A DNA stretch of 64,000 bases from Scenedesmus sp. PABB004. Lineage: Eukaryota. Made by a program: the position numbers and the translations under genes. A model generated the notes under the pieces. That model was not told where the DNA came from, did no database searches, and saw only the letters and a program-made list of their open reading frames with translations. Location of the stretch: NCBI GenBank assembly GCA_014905635.1, contig JABVCE010000027.1, positions 124,001-188,000 of the forward strand, given 5' to 3'. This document shows positions 25,139 through 38,371 of the stretch, in pieces (the stretch's first letter is position 1; every line of letters begins with the position of its first letter).

Positions 25139-25848
25139 ATGCAGCGGGCCGCCGGCAGCAGGAGCGCGGCGCGCGGCGGCCGCGGTGCCGCGCCGTGCAG
25201 CGGCGGCGGCGTCGGCAGCAGAGCCGTCGTGGCGCCGCCCTGCCGCGCGCCGCTGGCCGTGCGGGCGCCGCAGCGGCCGGCCGCGCCGCCGGCGGCGGCG
25301 GCGGCGCGGCACGAGCGGCCGCTGCCGCGCGCCGCGCGCCTGCTCGCGCGCTCGTCCGCGCCCGACACCGAGGAGGCGCGCTCGCCGCTGGACGCGCCCC
25401 AGGTGCGCGGCGCGCGCGCCGGGGACGGGCGCGGGCGCGTGCGCCGCCCGCGCCCGCGTCGCGCCGGCCGCCGGCCGCCGCCCGCGCGCTCGCGGGCGCC
25501 GGCGGCCGCGGCAGCTCACGGCAGCTCACCCGTGGCAGCTCACGCCCGCCGCCCGCGCTCACGCCCGCGCCGCGCGCGCGCGCGCGCGCGCAGGAGTGGG
25601 AGGCGCCCGCGCCGAGCAAGCGGCCGGACATCTTCCCAGAGTTTGAAAAGCCCGAGCGCGTGTTCCTGCCCAAGCCGCTGCCGGGCGACCCCGAGATGCC
25701 GGACGAGGAGGAGGAGGAGAGCGCGAAGCGCGGCGCCGAGCCGGGCGACCCCGACCCCGAGGCGCCGCCGGGCGAGCCGAGCGAGCCCGAGGGCGAGCCG
25801 GGCGGCGACCCGGAGAAGTCGCCGAACATCCCGACCATCCCCGAGTGA
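25139..25848 (+). CDS. Small Pro/Glu-rich protein with transit-peptide-like N-terminus, function unknown (1 intron about 25403-25593)
   Basis: ATG 25139; Arg/Ala/Ser-rich N-terminus, then SPLDAPQ|EWEAPAPSKRPDIFPEF...PLPGDPEMPDEEEEE with coding-like GC3; TGTAA at 26028. Confidence 0.75.
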
Positions 25849-26027
25849 GGGCGCTCACCCGAGGGGCGGCGCGGCGGCGGCGGGGAGGGTAGGCAGGCCG
25901 GGGCGGCGCGCAGGATGCGGCAGCGGCGGCTGCCGGGGCGGAGCGGGCGCGGCGGGCGGCGGGCTGCCGGCGACGTCCTCATGTTGGCGAGCTGCCGCGG
26001 CGGCGGCCGGGCGGGCGGGCGCGGCGC

Positions 26028-26032
26028 TGTAA
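26028..26032 (+). terminator. TGTAA polyadenylation signal for the 25139-25848 gene
   Basis: Chlorophyte consensus about 180 nt after the stop. Confidence 0.7.
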
Positions 26033-26283
26033 CGAGCGGACAGTCGATGAACACAGTGCTCGCTTTGTGCACGCGCGCCGCGTCGCCTGACAGCGGCTCC
26101 CGGCGCAGCAGTCGCGACGACGCCTTTGACCGCCGCCGACGCCCCGCCGCCACCCCTCACGCCCCCGGCGCGCTTCTCCTCGGCCAGACGCCCTTTCGCC
26201 TGCGCTCGTGCGCAGCGGCACCGCCTGCAGCGACCTGGGCGAGCCGCGGCGCGGGCGCGCGAGCAGCGGCGCTCGGGGAAGCG

Positions 26284-28126
26284 ATGCCGCCGCGCGCCAA
26301 GAAGGAGCCGCCGCCGCCGCCGCCACCCGACTTCACCAACGATGTCGTCCTTCTCGCCAGCCTGTCGGGGGTCCAGCTGCGCCTGGTGCGCGCCGCAGGC
26401 GCCGTGCCGTGTGCTGGTGTCGGCGCGCGCCGCCCGCCGGTCGGCCCCTCACGCCAGCCCCCTCTCCTTCGTCCGTGTGCTGCCCCAGGGCCTGCTGGCC
26501 GCGCCGGAGCGCCTGTTGCCGGAGCCGCTGGCCGACGCGAGCGCGGCGCCGCCGCTGGCGCTGGAGCTGGCGCACGGCGGCGGGCCGCCGGTCGCGGCGG
26601 GGCCGCCCGCGTGCCTCGCGCCCGACTTCAGCCTCCCGGTGGCGCTGGAGCACAGGTTCCGGCACCGCAAGGGCCCCGACGTGCTGGACCGGCTGATCAA
26701 CGAGCGCGTCGAGGTGCGCCTCCTGCACGGCGCGACGCGCGCGCTGCTCGCGGCCGCGAGCGTCGACCTGCTGCCGTTTGGGCTCGGCGCGTCGGCCATC
26801 GCCGAGGCCGAGCTCGCGCTGACGCCGGTCGCGAGCGGCGAGCTGGTCAAGGTCAGAGTGCGCGCGCGCGCCGTCGGGGCGCCGCCGGGGCGCCGCCGGG
26901 CGTCGCGGCGCAAGCGCGGTGCGCGGCCCGCCGCCCACGCGCTCGGACGGCTCGGCCGCCCCGCAGGTGCTGCCGGGGTCGCGCGTGTCGGTCACGCTGC
27001 GGCTCATGCACCAGCCCAGCCCCGCGCCGCCGCTGCCGCCGCCGCCCCCTGCCCCGGCCTCGCCGGCGGGCGGCGCCCCCGGCTCCGCCACGGCCGCGGC
27101 GGCGGCGGCCGCCGCAGCCGCGGCCGTGGCCGCGGCTGCTGGCCCGGCGCTGGAGCCGTTCTGCCCCATCGCCCCGAGGACGCGGCCTGCTGCAATGTCA
27201 TCGAGCTCGCACCCCTGCCCGCGGGGCCTCTGCCGCCGGGTCTCGCCGCCGCCGCGCGCGCCGCGGGCGGCGCGCTCACGTGCGCGTTCGCGCTCCACCT
27301 GCCCGGCGGCGGCGGAGGCGGCGGCGGCGACAAGCCGCGCGCGGTCGTCGTCGCCGGCGGCGTCGTCGGCGAGGCGGCGGTCGACTGGGGCGCGGCGCGG
27401 CGCGTGCGCGCCTGCCTGCCGCCGGCGGCGGTGCGGGCGCTGCAGGCGCACCTGGAGCTGGACCAGCCGCTGCACCTGGAGGTCGCCCGCTACCTCGCAG
27501 CGCCCGGCACCGCGCCGTCTGCCGCGGCTGGCGGCGGGCCGGCCCCGGCGGCGGCGAGGCGCTGTGCGACCCCGCGTTTGCCAGCTACCACGCCCACCTG
27601 CGCCTCGACTGCGCGGCGGAGCAGCTGCAGGAGCCGGGCGCCGTCGCGGCGGCGGGGCGCGCCGCGCCCGCCGGCGCGGCGGCCTGGGCGGTCGCGCAGG
27701 GCCGGCTGGCCGGCGCGGCGCTGCCGGCCTGCGCGCCGTCGCCAGGGTGAGCGGCAGCAAGCGCGCGGCGCCGCGCCGCCCACCACGCGCGCCGCCACGG
27801 CCGGCCCACGCCGCGCCGCGCCGCGCCGCGCCGCGCAGGAGCCGGGCCAGGGCGGTCGAGGAGGCGCCGCCGCCCGCGCCGGACGGCCAGCCGCCGCCAT
27901 GCGCGTGGGCGGCCGCGGGGACGCGCTTCCCGGTCGCGCTGCGCCTCGCGCGCCCGCTGTGCGCGCCGTGGGCGCCGCCGGCGCGGCCGCACCTGGCGCT
28001 GGCCGAGCTCATCCCGCCGCGGGCGCCGGCGCCGCCGCCGCCGCCGCCGGGCGCGGCGGAGCGCTTCAGGGCCAAGGTGCAGGAGGTCGTGCGCGAGCTG
28101 GCGCGCGAGCACGCCGCCGCGCTGGC

Positions 28127-28167
<41 letters not shown>

Positions 28168-30655
28168 ACAGCGACGCGCGGCGCGGCGCCGAGGCGCGGC
28201 TGGTGTTTGGCCTCAACGCCAGCGGGCGCTACCTGTCGATCAAGACCGAGCTCAAGGCCGCGCTGTTGGCGGCGCTGCGCGAGCGCCACGCGGCGGCCGC
28301 GCCGCCCACGCCGGAGCAGGCGCGTGCGCACGCGCGCGCGCGCTGGGCGCCTGGCCCCGCCTGTGGAGCGCGCGCACGCAGCACGCAGCACGCAGCACGC
28401 ACACCACGCGCCGCCCGCAGGTGGGGCAGCTGCACAGCGACCTCTACGTCCACCTGGCGGAGGAGCTGCGCCAGGCAGTGGCCGACGCGGTGGCGGCCAA
28501 GAACGAGGGCGGTGCCGGTGCCGGGGGCGATGGCGACGGCGCGGCGCAGCACGCGCAGCGCGGCGGCGACGCGCTGCTGGCGCTCGCGGCGGAGAGCGAG
28601 GCGGCCGGCGACGCGGCGCGCGGGCACGCCCTGCACCAGCGGCACCTGCTGCTGTCGCCCGGCGCCGACGTGCGCTGCCCGCGCGCGGGCCCGCCGCCCC
28701 CCCCCCCCCCCCCGCGCAGCGTGCACGCCCCTGCGCGCCGTCCCTCGCTGACCGGCGCCGCGCCCGCGCCCGCGGCTCGCAGGCGTGGCAGCGCTACGGC
28801 GCGTTCTGCGTGCGCGCCGGCGCGCACGCGCGCGCGCAGGCGGCGTTGGAGGAGGCCCTCGCCGCCGACCAGGGCGCCGCGCCCGCCGCGCTCGCGCTCG
28901 CGGCGCTGTGGATCGCGCGGGCGCGCGGCCTCGACGGCGGCGCCGCGGGCGCGGGCGCGGGCGCGGCGCCGACGCCGGGCGCGCTGGAGGCGGCGGAGGT
29001 GCTCGCGCACGCGGCCAAGGACGCGGGCGCCGGCGGCGTGCTGCCCTGGGCCCTTCTGGCGCTGCTGTACCGGATGCAGGGTGCGCTTGGCTGCGGCTGG
29101 CAGCCGCGCAGGCCTCGGCGGCGCCCTGGCCCGACGGCGGCCGCCGGCTGACCCGCCCCACCCTCCTCCCCCCAGGCAAGCCCAAGGAGGCGCAGGCGCG
29201 CAGCTGCCACCAGGAGGTGGTGCGCCAGTCCAAGGCGGCGCTGGCGGCCGCGGCCGCGCCCGGCGGCTCGCAGGATGGCGACGCGCCTGCGGCCGAGCAG
29301 CCGCGCCCGTCCACGGGCGAGGCGGCCGCGTCGGCCAACGGCTACCTGGCCGCCGCGGAGCTGGCGCTGGCGCTGCGGCTGCCGGGGCTGGCGGCGCAGC
29401 TGCTGGAGCTCGCCGCGGGTGCGCGCGACGGGGGCCCGGGTGCCGTCACGTCGCGGCCGCGGCCGCCGCCGCTGAGCGCTCTGGTGCTGCTCCGCGCACA
29501 GGCATCAAGGACGCCGGCGGGCTGCTGGCGCTGCGCGCGCGGCTCGCCGGCGCCGCCGCCGCGCAGCAGGCCGGCGACGCGGCGGGCGCGCTGGCGCGGC
29601 TGCAGGAGCTGTCCGCAGCGCTGGCCGCCGGCGGCGTGGCGTGCGCTGAGCCCGAGGCGCTGCACGCGCAGCTGCAGGCGCTGCTGGGCGACGCCCAGTT
29701 TGAGGTGGGCGTCGGCGGGCGGCGGGCTGGGCTCTGGCCGCGCCGAGCGGCGCCCTCGCCTCACGCCGTCGACCGGCCGCCGCCGCCGTCAGGCCGGGCA
29801 GCTCGGCCTGGCCAAGCAGCACTTCAGCCGCGCCGTGCAGCGCCGCGGCGCCGCCGCCTGGCCCGCCCGCCTCCACCTGCGCCTCGCGTCCTGCTTCATG
29901 GCCAGCGACGACGCGGGCGCCGCGGCGGACCTCCTCACCAGCTGCCTCGCGGCCGGCCGCGACCCCGCCGGCGACGGCACCGGCAGCGTGCCGCCGGACC
30001 CCGCAGCGGCCGGCGGCGCGACCGCAGTGGCCGCGGCGCTCGCGCCGCCGGCCGTGCCGCTGCGCTGCGCGTCGGTGTGGCTGGGCCTGGGCGTGGCGCA
30101 CCTGCGGCTCGGCGACCACGGGTGGGCGCGTGTGCACTTGCAGCGCGCGCGCGCGTGCCTGCCGGGCCCGCCTGCGCGCGCGCCGTCGTTGACCCCGCGC
30201 GCGGCGCCGACCCCGCCGCCCGCCGCCCTGCCCCTGACAGGCAAGCCGAGCTGGCGCTGGCGGAGGCGAACCTGCTGGACCCAGAGCACCCGGGCGTGTG
30301 GGGGCAGCTGAGCCTGCTCGCCCTGGCGGCGGGGCGCGAGGCCGACGCGGCCGCGGCGCTCACGCAGGCGCAGCGCCACGGCCTGGCCGAGCCGCAGCTG
30401 CTCGCGGAGCTCGGCAGCGCGTGGCAGGCGGCGGGCCGCTTCGACGTCGCGGCCGCGCTGCTCGCCAAGGCCGCCGCGGCGCGCGACTGCGTGCAGGTCC
30501 GGTGCAAGCTCGCGGCGGTGCTGCTGGCGCGGCACGACCACGCGGGCTGCCAGCAGCAGCTCGCGGCGGCGGCGGCGCTGCCGGCGAGCGAGGGCGAGCG
30601 CGAGCTGCTGCTGTCGGTGGTGCGGCGCCTGCAGGTCGCGTGGCCCCACCTGTGA
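26284..30655 (+). CDS. CFAP70: Cilia- and flagella-associated protein 70 (TTC18)-like TPR protein; two apparent 1-nt deletions near 27172 and 27540
   Basis: ELIPPR, FGLNASGRYLSIKTELKAA, LHSDLYVHLAEEL blocks resemble CFAP70 from my recollection of the family; C-terminal TPRs (WLGLGVAHLRL, AELALAEANLLDPEHPGVWGQL). Confidence 0.78.
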
Positions 30656-30672
30656 CCGAAACCGGGTGCCGC

Positions 30673-30677
30673 TTACA
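30673..30677 (-). terminator. TGTAA polyadenylation signal for TMEM258
   Basis: TTACA on the plus strand about 240 nt past the stop. Confidence 0.7.
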
Positions 30678-30913
30678 CCCGCCGCGCCCCAGCGCCGCGC
30701 CCGCGCCCCGCCGCTCAGGCGCCCCAGCGCCGCCCGCCCTCATTTCAGCGGGCCCGCCGCCGCCGCGCCGGCCGGCCGTCTCGTGGGCCGTCCGTGTCCC
30801 GCTGCTGCTCGCCGCGGCCCTCGCCGCGGCGCGCTTGCGCGCGCGCGCAGGGATCCCGCCTGCCTGCCTGCACGCGCACGCGCCGCCGCCGCCGCTGCTG
30901 CGGATCAGACGGC

Positions 30914-31147
30914 TCAGACGTAGACGCCGACCCAGAGCAGCAGGAAGAGCGTGCCCAGCCCCAGCGTGACCGCCGCGACGCCGCCGAGCGCCAGCTCGCT
31001 GGAGACCTTGCGGCTGTAGCGGCTGGTGGTGACCTGGTAAAGGAAGAAGCCGGCGGACGCGACGACGCCCGACGTGAGCAGCAGCGTCGCGAGCGTCGGG
31101 TACAGCGCCTGCGCCACGGGGCTGTGCACCGGCGCGCCGGCCTCCAT
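30914..31147 (-). CDS. TMEM258: TMEM258/OST5 oligosaccharyltransferase small subunit (intronless, 77 aa)
   Basis: SPVAQALYPTLATLLL...FFLYQVT...ELALGGVAAVTLGLGTLFLLLWVGVYV with the diagnostic LLLWVGVYV C-terminus; two TM helices. Confidence 0.93.
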   Translation of the reverse strand: MEAGAPVHSPVAQALYPTLATLLLTSGVVASAGFFLYQVTTSRYSRKVSSELALGGVAAVTLGLGTLFLLLWVGVYV

Positions 31148-31666
31148 GCTGACCGGCGGGCGGCCTAGGCGCTGTGTGGACCGCGATCGGCGACGCTCGG
31201 GCGCCAGGCACGCGGGAGGGGGCGGCGGTTGATGGCGGCAGCAGCAGGGGGCAGCTCCTTGGTGCTGGCGGCGTGCGCGGGGCGGTGACGCGTCCGGAGA
31301 GCACGATCAGAAGAGCGAGGCGTTGACGCAGAGCGAAGGCGCGTCATGTGACATCTGTGTGTGCTCGCGCTGTGCCGCCGCGGGGCGTCGAGCGCCGCGC
31401 GCACGGTCACCAGCGGCCGTAACGCGACGTTGGTGCACTCACGCGCAGACCGCGCCGCTCGCCACGCGCCCGCGCGCGCCACACCGGGCCGCCGCGCGCT
31501 CGCGAGCCCCGCCGCGCCCGCACGAGCCGCCCAGGGCCCGCGCCCGCCCGCCGGCACCTGGCGCGCCCGGGCCTCGCCCCACCGACAGCGCGAGCGGCGC
31601 GCCCAGCGGCCGGCGGCGGGCGCCGCTGCTGCGCCGGACGGCGCCGGCGGCTCGCAGCGCGGCGCG

Positions 31667-33974
31667 ATGAACTACAAGTTCGCCAACCTGCTGGGCGCGC
31701 CCTACCGCGGCGGCAACGTCCTGCTGCATGGCGCGGAGCTGCTGTCGCCCGTGGGCAACCGGGTGTCGCAGGCGAGCGGTCGCCGGCAGCAGCGGGCCGC
31801 GGCGGCTGGCCGCCGCGCGCCGCCGGGCGCCGGCCGACGCGCACTGCGCGCCCGCACGCCGCAGGTCAACCTCGCGCACTCGACGAGCCAGACGCTGCCG
31901 TTTGAGAACCTGAACCAGGCGCGCGCCCCGGCAAACGCGCGCGCCTCGCGGCGGCCTGCCGCCGCACGGCCCGCCGAGCCGCCGCCTCCCGCCGCCGCCC
32001 CCGCGCGCAGATCCGCACGCTCGCGCTCAGCCCCGACGGCCAGCTGCTGCTCTCGATCGACGAGCACGGCCGCGCGCTGCTCATCGCGCGCGCGCGCCGC
32101 GTGCTGCTGCACCACTTCAGCTTCCGCGGCCCCGTCGCCGCGGCGGCGTTCAGCCCCGACGGCAAGTACGTCGCCGTCGCGGTCGGGCGGCTCGTGCAGG
32201 TGCGGCGCCGCCGCGGGCGCGTGGCCGCGGGCGCGAGGCCGCGCCGCACACCGGCGGCGCGCCCCGCCGCACGCACGCCCGCGCACCCACCGACCGGCGC
32301 GCCCCGCCCGCTTCCCGGCCGCCAGGTCTGGCACGCGCCGGGGTTTGACAAGCTGCTGACGCCCATGCAGCTGCACCGCACGTACGGCACCTGCCACGAC
32401 ACCGTCACGGCGCTCGACTGGAGCGCCGACAGCGCGTTCATCGCCGCCGCGTCCAAGGACCTCACCGCGCGCGTGTTCAGCCTGGACCCCATCCCCGGCT
32501 GGACCCCGCCCACGCTCGCGGGGCACCGCGACGCGCTCGTGGGCGTGTTCTTCACCAGCCCCGCCACGCAGCAGGCCGCGGAGCTCGCGGGGACGGCGCC
32601 GGTCGCGCTCTACACCGTGTCGCGCGACGGCGCGCTATACGGCTGGAGCGTCAGCGGCGCCCCGCCGGCGGCGCCGGCGCCAGCAGCGGCTGGCGCGGCT
32701 GGCGGGGCCGGCGGCGGCGACGACGGCAGCGACAGCGACGGCGGCAGCGGCAGTGGCAGCGGCAGCGGCAGCGGCAGCGGCAGCGGCAGCGGCAGCGAGG
32801 GGGGCGAGGGCGACGAGGGGCAGGCGGCAGCGCCCGAGCAGCAGCAGCAGGAGCAGCAGGAGCCGGCGCCGCAGCAGCGCTCGCCGCTGCTCGGCAGCGC
32901 CTGGGCGCTCGCGGCGCGGCACTTTTTCATGCAGCGCGGCGCGCGCGTGAGCGCGGCGGCGTACCACCGCGCCAGCGGCGTCCTCTGCGTCGGCTTCACC
33001 AACGGGCTGTTCGAGCTGCACCAGCTGCCCGAGTTTGCGGCGCTGCAGGCGCTGAGCGTGAGCCACGAGCGCATCAGCGCGGCCGCGTTCAACGCCGCCG
33101 GCGACTGGCTCGCGCTCGGCTGCGCGCGGCTCGGGCAGCTGCTCGTGTGGGAGTGGCGCAGCGAGGGCTACGTGCTGCGCCAGCAGGGCCACTTTTACGA
33201 CGTCGCCGCCGCGTGCTACAGCCCCGACGGCGCCATCATCGCCACGGGTGCGGCGCGCCGCGCGCGCCCCTCCGCGCCACGCCGGCGCCCCCGGCGCGCG
33301 CCGCGCCGCGCGCCGTGCCGCCCGCCGCCGCGCGCGCCGACGCCTGTCCCGCCGTCCGCCTCGGCCTCGGCCGCGGGCCGCACGCGTGGCGCGCGCACCC
33401 CCAGGCGCTGACGACTGCAAGGTCAAGCTCTTCCAGCTGTCCAGCGGCTTCTGCTACGTGACCTTTGCCGACCACGCCGCGCCCGTCACGGCGCTCGCGT
33501 TCCTCCCGACCGGCGCGGCCGTGCTGAGCGCGAGCCTCGACGGCACCGTCCGCGCGTTTGACCTCCTGCGCTACAGGTCGGGCGCGCGGCCCCGCCGGCC
33601 CCGCCCGCGCCGCCGGCGCCGCGGCGGGCGGCGGGAGCGCGCGCGCGCGCGCGGCGGGCTCCCCGCCGCGGCGCCCGACCTGACCGGCCGCGCGCCGTGC
33701 CGCGCCGCGCTGCGTGCCGCGCAGGAACTTCCGCACCTTCACGGCGCCCTCGGCGGTGCAGTTTGTGAGCCTCGCGGTCGAGGCGAGCGGCGAGGTCGTG
33801 GCCGCGGGCAGCCAGGACGACTTTCAAATCTACGTCTGGTCGGTCAAGACCGGCCGCCTGCTCGACGTCCTCGCCGGCCACGAGGGCCCCGTGAGCGGCC
33901 TCGCGTTCTGCCCCACGCAGCCGCTGCTCGCGTCGTGCAGCTGGGACAGGTGCGGCGCGCGCGCCCTGCGCCCT

Positions 33975-34035
<61 letters not shown>

Positions 34036-35129
34036 GGCGCTGCGTCCGCGTCCGCGGCACGCCGCGCGTCGAGCAGCTCCCGCCGCCGCCGCGCGTCGTC
34101 CGGCGCGCGCGCGCAGGACTGTGCGCACGTGGGACGTGTATGACGGCAAGAGCCAGCTGGAGGTGCTGCAGCACGGGCACGACGTGCTCGCGCTCGCGTG
34201 GCGCCCCGACGGCAAGCGCCTCGCGTCGGCCACGCTCGACGGCCAAATTTACCTCTGGAACGCCCAGGTGCGTGGCTGTGTGTGTGCGTGAGTGTGAGTG
34301 TGGGCGGGCCTGGCGTGGGTCTGGCGTGTGGGAGCGGGTGGCGGGAAGGGGTGCGGGCCCGCGCACGCCAGGCAGCACGCGGCGCCGCCCCACGCTGCCA
34401 CCGCCGCCGCCGCCGCGCCGCGCGTGTCGGCTGCAGGACGGCGTGCTGGAGGGCGTGATCGAGGGCCGCCGCGACATCCGGGGCGGCCGCCTCGTCGGCG
34501 ACCGGTGCGGCGTGCGCCGCCGCGGGCGCGCACCGCCCGGCCGCCGCGCCGCGCCGTGCTGCGCTGCGCCGACCGCCGCCCTCCCTCGCTCCCGCGCGCC
34601 GCGCAGGCGCGCCGCGGGCAACCTGAGCAGCGGCGCCGCGTTCACGAGCCTCGCGTTCAGCGCCGACGGCGCGCTGCTGTTTGCGGGCGGGCGGTCCAAG
34701 TACGTGTGCGTGTACGACGTGGCGGAGCGCGTGCTGCTGCGCCGCTTCCAGGTGCGCGCACGCGCGCGCGCGGCTGCTGCTGCTGCTGCTGCTCTCTGTC
34801 GCTGCTGCTGCGCGCGGGCGCGCGCGCGCGCCGTCCTGCGAGGGGCGCGGGGCGAGCGTGCCAGTGCCGGCGCCGGCGCCGACCCCGCGCGTGCGCGCCG
34901 CACGCAGGTCACGCACAACCGCTCGCTGGACGGCGTGCTGGACCAGCTCAACTCCAAGCACCTCACCGACGCGGGGCCGCTGCAGCTCATCGCGCACGAC
35001 GGCGGCGACAGCGATGAGGAGCTGCTGCCGCCCGGCGGCGACCCCGCCGCCGCGGCCGACCTGCCCGGCGCGTCCGGCAAGAAGCGGCCGGTCGCGCGCA
35101 CGCGCGCGCTCGCGCTCAGCCCCACCGGT

Positions 35130-35178
<49 letters not shown>

Positions 35179-35853
35179 GCCGCCGCCGCCGCCGCCCGAG
35201 CGCCGCGTGCCCCCCACCGATGCCCCCCCCCCCCCCCCCCCCGCGCCTCTCACGCCTCGCCCTCTCTCGCACGCGCGTTCGAGCAGGCGCGTCGTGGGCG
35301 GCCGCGACGACCGAGGGTCTCCTGGTCTACGCCCTGGACGCGGGGCTCAACTTTGACCCCACCGACCTCACCGAGGCGCTCACGCCGGCGGCCTTCCACG
35401 CCGCGCTCGGCGCGCGCGGCTTCGGCCGCGCGCTGCTCATCGCGCTGCGGCTCGGCGACCCCGCGCTGCTGCGGCACGGCCTGCTGAGCGTGCCGCCGGC
35501 GCAGCTCGGCAGCGTGGCGCGCGCGCTGCCGGCGGTGTTCCTGCAGCCCGTGCTCGCCGCGCTCGTCGAGTGCTTGCAGGACAGCCCCCACATGGAGTTC
35601 CTGCTCGGCTGGGCTCGCGCGCTGCTGCTCGCGCACGGCCCGACGCTCGCGGCCGCGGCCGGCGGCGGCGCGGCGCTGCGCGCGGCGGTCGCGGGCGGCG
35701 GCCCCGCGGCGCCGCCGCGGCGGCCGGCGCCGGCGGGCTCGTCGCGGCGCTGCGCGCGCTGCAGCAGGCGCTCGCGCGGCTGCACAAGGACCTCGCGGCC
35801 ACCGCGGAGGGCAGCGTGTACGCGCTGGACTACATCGTGGCCGCGGGCCAGCT

Positions 35854-35901
<48 letters not shown>

Positions 35902-36112
35902 CGGCGGCGGTGCCGGGGGCGGCGCGGAGCCGGGCTCGGACGCGGAGGTGGAGCTCGAGCCGGAGCGCCCGCCGATGGGCCGCAAGGCAGCCAAGGCGGC
36001 CAAGGCGGCCAAGGCGGCCAAGGGCGCCCAGGCGGAGCCTGCCGCTGTCGCCGGCGGCGGCGCCAAGCAGAAGCGCGCCGGCAAGGGCAAGCGGCGCGGC
36101 GCGGCGGCGTGA
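31667..36112 (+). CDS. PWP2: Periodic tryptophan protein 2 (UTP1), WD40 SSU processome subunit; apparent 1-nt deletion near 35705
   Basis: MNYKFANLLGAPYRGGNV, LSPVGNRVS, GQLLVWEWRSEGYVLRQQGH, SASLDGTVRAFDLLRY|RNFRTFT, NRSLDGVLDQLNSK, ATTEGLLVY, SPHMEF. Confidence 0.96.
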
Positions 36113-36348
36113 GCGGGGCTGTGCAACGCGGAGCCCTGCCCGCCGTGTCCCCTGATCGAGCTCGATCGCCGGCGATCCCGGGGGCAGCGTGCGCGAGTCC
36201 CGGCCCACGCAGCTCTGCGCCGTCGCCGCCAGCAGCGGCTCCGCTGTGCAGCGCTCGCCTGGTGTCGTGCGCCACCCGCCAATCGCGGGCGCGCGCCGTA
36301 CGCGTGGAACACTCACAGAGACTCCCTGGACGGCGGCAGCGCGCCGCG

Positions 36349-37098
36349 ATGCTCCACGCGGGCCTCGCCCGCGTGGCGCCGCGGCTGGCGCCGAGCCTGG
36401 CGGGCGCCGGCGCGGCGCTCGCCAGGCGCTGCGCGAGCTTCGTCGGGCTCACAGACGACCAGGAGGCGATGAGGGAGCTGGCAGCCGACTTTGCGAGCCG
36501 CGAGCTAGCCCCGCACGGCGCGCGGTGCGCGCGGGAGGGCGCCGCGCGGGCGCGCGGGCGCGCGGGGCCGCAGCGCCGCCGCTCACCGCCGCTCACACCG
36601 CCGCGCAGGTGGGACGAGGAGAAGATTTTTCCCGTGGACGTTCTGCGCCAGGCCGCGGCGCTCGGCTTCGCAGGCGCGCTGCGCGCGCCGCGCCTCGCCG
36701 CGGCCCCGCGCGCGGCTCTCTCTGCCAATGCCGGCCCAGCCGCGTCCGCCGCCGCTGCTCCGCTCTGCGGCCAGGCCTGTACGTCCCCGAGGAGCACGGC
36801 GGCGCGGGGCTGGGGCGCCTCGACGGCGCGGTCGTGTTTGAGGAGCTCGCCCGCGGGGATGTCCCTTTCGCTGCCTACCTGAGCATCCACAACATGGTGC
36901 TCAGCAGCGCAGTGGCGGGGGCGCTGCCGACGAGGGCGCTGCTGCGGCTGCGCGCGGCGGCGCGGGCGCGCCGCGGCTGACACACGCCACCGCCGACGGC
37001 GCCAGGTCTCGTACGTGGTGAGCCGGTTTGGGAGCGCCGCGCTAAAGTCTGCCTACCTCCCCCGCCTGGCCTCGCTGGAGCTGCTGTCGGCGTACGCG

Positions 37099-37129
<31 letters not shown>

Positions 37130-38320
37130 GCGCGCTGTCGACGTCCGCGGCGCCATCGCCGTGCGGCGGGTGGCTGCTGAGCGGCAGCAAGGCCTTCATC
37201 AGCGGCGGCGGCGTGGCAGACGTGTACCTGGTCATGGCCCGCGCACAGGGCAGCGGCGGCGGCACGGGCCAGGGCGGCGGCGGCCGCGGGGGCAGCAGCG
37301 GCGACGGCGGCGGCCAGGGGGCCGGCCAGGGCGGCGGCAGCCGCGGCGCCGGGGGCGGCGGGGGCGGCGGCATCACGGCGTTCCTGGTCGAGCGCGACTG
37401 GCCGGGCGTGAGCTTCGGCGCGTCGGAGCGCAAGCTCGGGTGGCGGAGCCAGCCGACCGCGGCGGTGCACCTCGACCGCGTGCTCGTGCCGCCACGCAAC
37501 GTGGTCGGCCCGCTCGGCGGCGGCCTGGCCATCGCGCTCCACGCGCTCGACGGCGGCCGCGTCAACATCGGGCGCGCTGCGGCGGCGCCGGCGGCGGGCG
37601 GCGCTCGCGCCCGCGCCCCTCGCCGCCCGCCGCCCACGCCCACGCCCCGCCGCCCGCCGCCCGCCGCCGCGGCCGCAGGGCGTGTAGCGTCGGCGGCGCG
37701 GCGTTTTGCCTGGACTATGCCTGGGCGTACGCGGCGACGCGCCGCCAGTTTGGCCGCCCGGTGGGCGACTTTCAGGCGAGCCAGTTCAAGCTGGCCGACG
37801 CCGCGACGGGTGGGTGCTCGGGCAGGGCGGCGACACGAGTGAGCGCACGCGGGCAGCCGCCGCCGCGACACCGCGGCCCCGCCGGCCCCAGTCGCGGAGT
37901 GCCGCCCCGCCGCCGCGCCGCCGCGCCGCGCCGCGCAGAGCTGGAGGCGAGCCGCGCGCTCGTCCGGGGCGCGGCGGCGGCGCTCGACGCCGGCAGCCCG
38001 CGCGGCACGCTCGCGGCGGCGATGGCCAAGCGCTACGCGAGCGACGCGGGGTGGCGCGTCGCCAACGACGCGCTGCAGCTGCTCGGTGCGCGGAGCGGAG
38101 CCCGGCCGCCCCGCCGCCGCCGCCGCCGCCGCCGCCCCCGCCGGCGGCGGCCGGGGGACCGCCCACTCACACACGCATGCGCTCACACACGCCCCGCCCC
38201 CTCTCACGCACGCACGCGCGCCACCAGGCGGCTACGGCTACCTGGCAGACCACCCCATCGAGCGCTTCGCCCGCGACCTGCGCGTGCACAGCATACTCGG
38301 TGCGCCCGCCCGCCGCGCCC

Positions 38321-38371
<51 letters not shown>

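Noticed and set aside
26284..30655. CFAP70 as a pseudogene from flagellar loss
   Set aside because: The same kind of 1-nt deletion occurs in essential PWP2 and two other genes, so assembly error is the simpler explanation; splice sites and other exons are intact.
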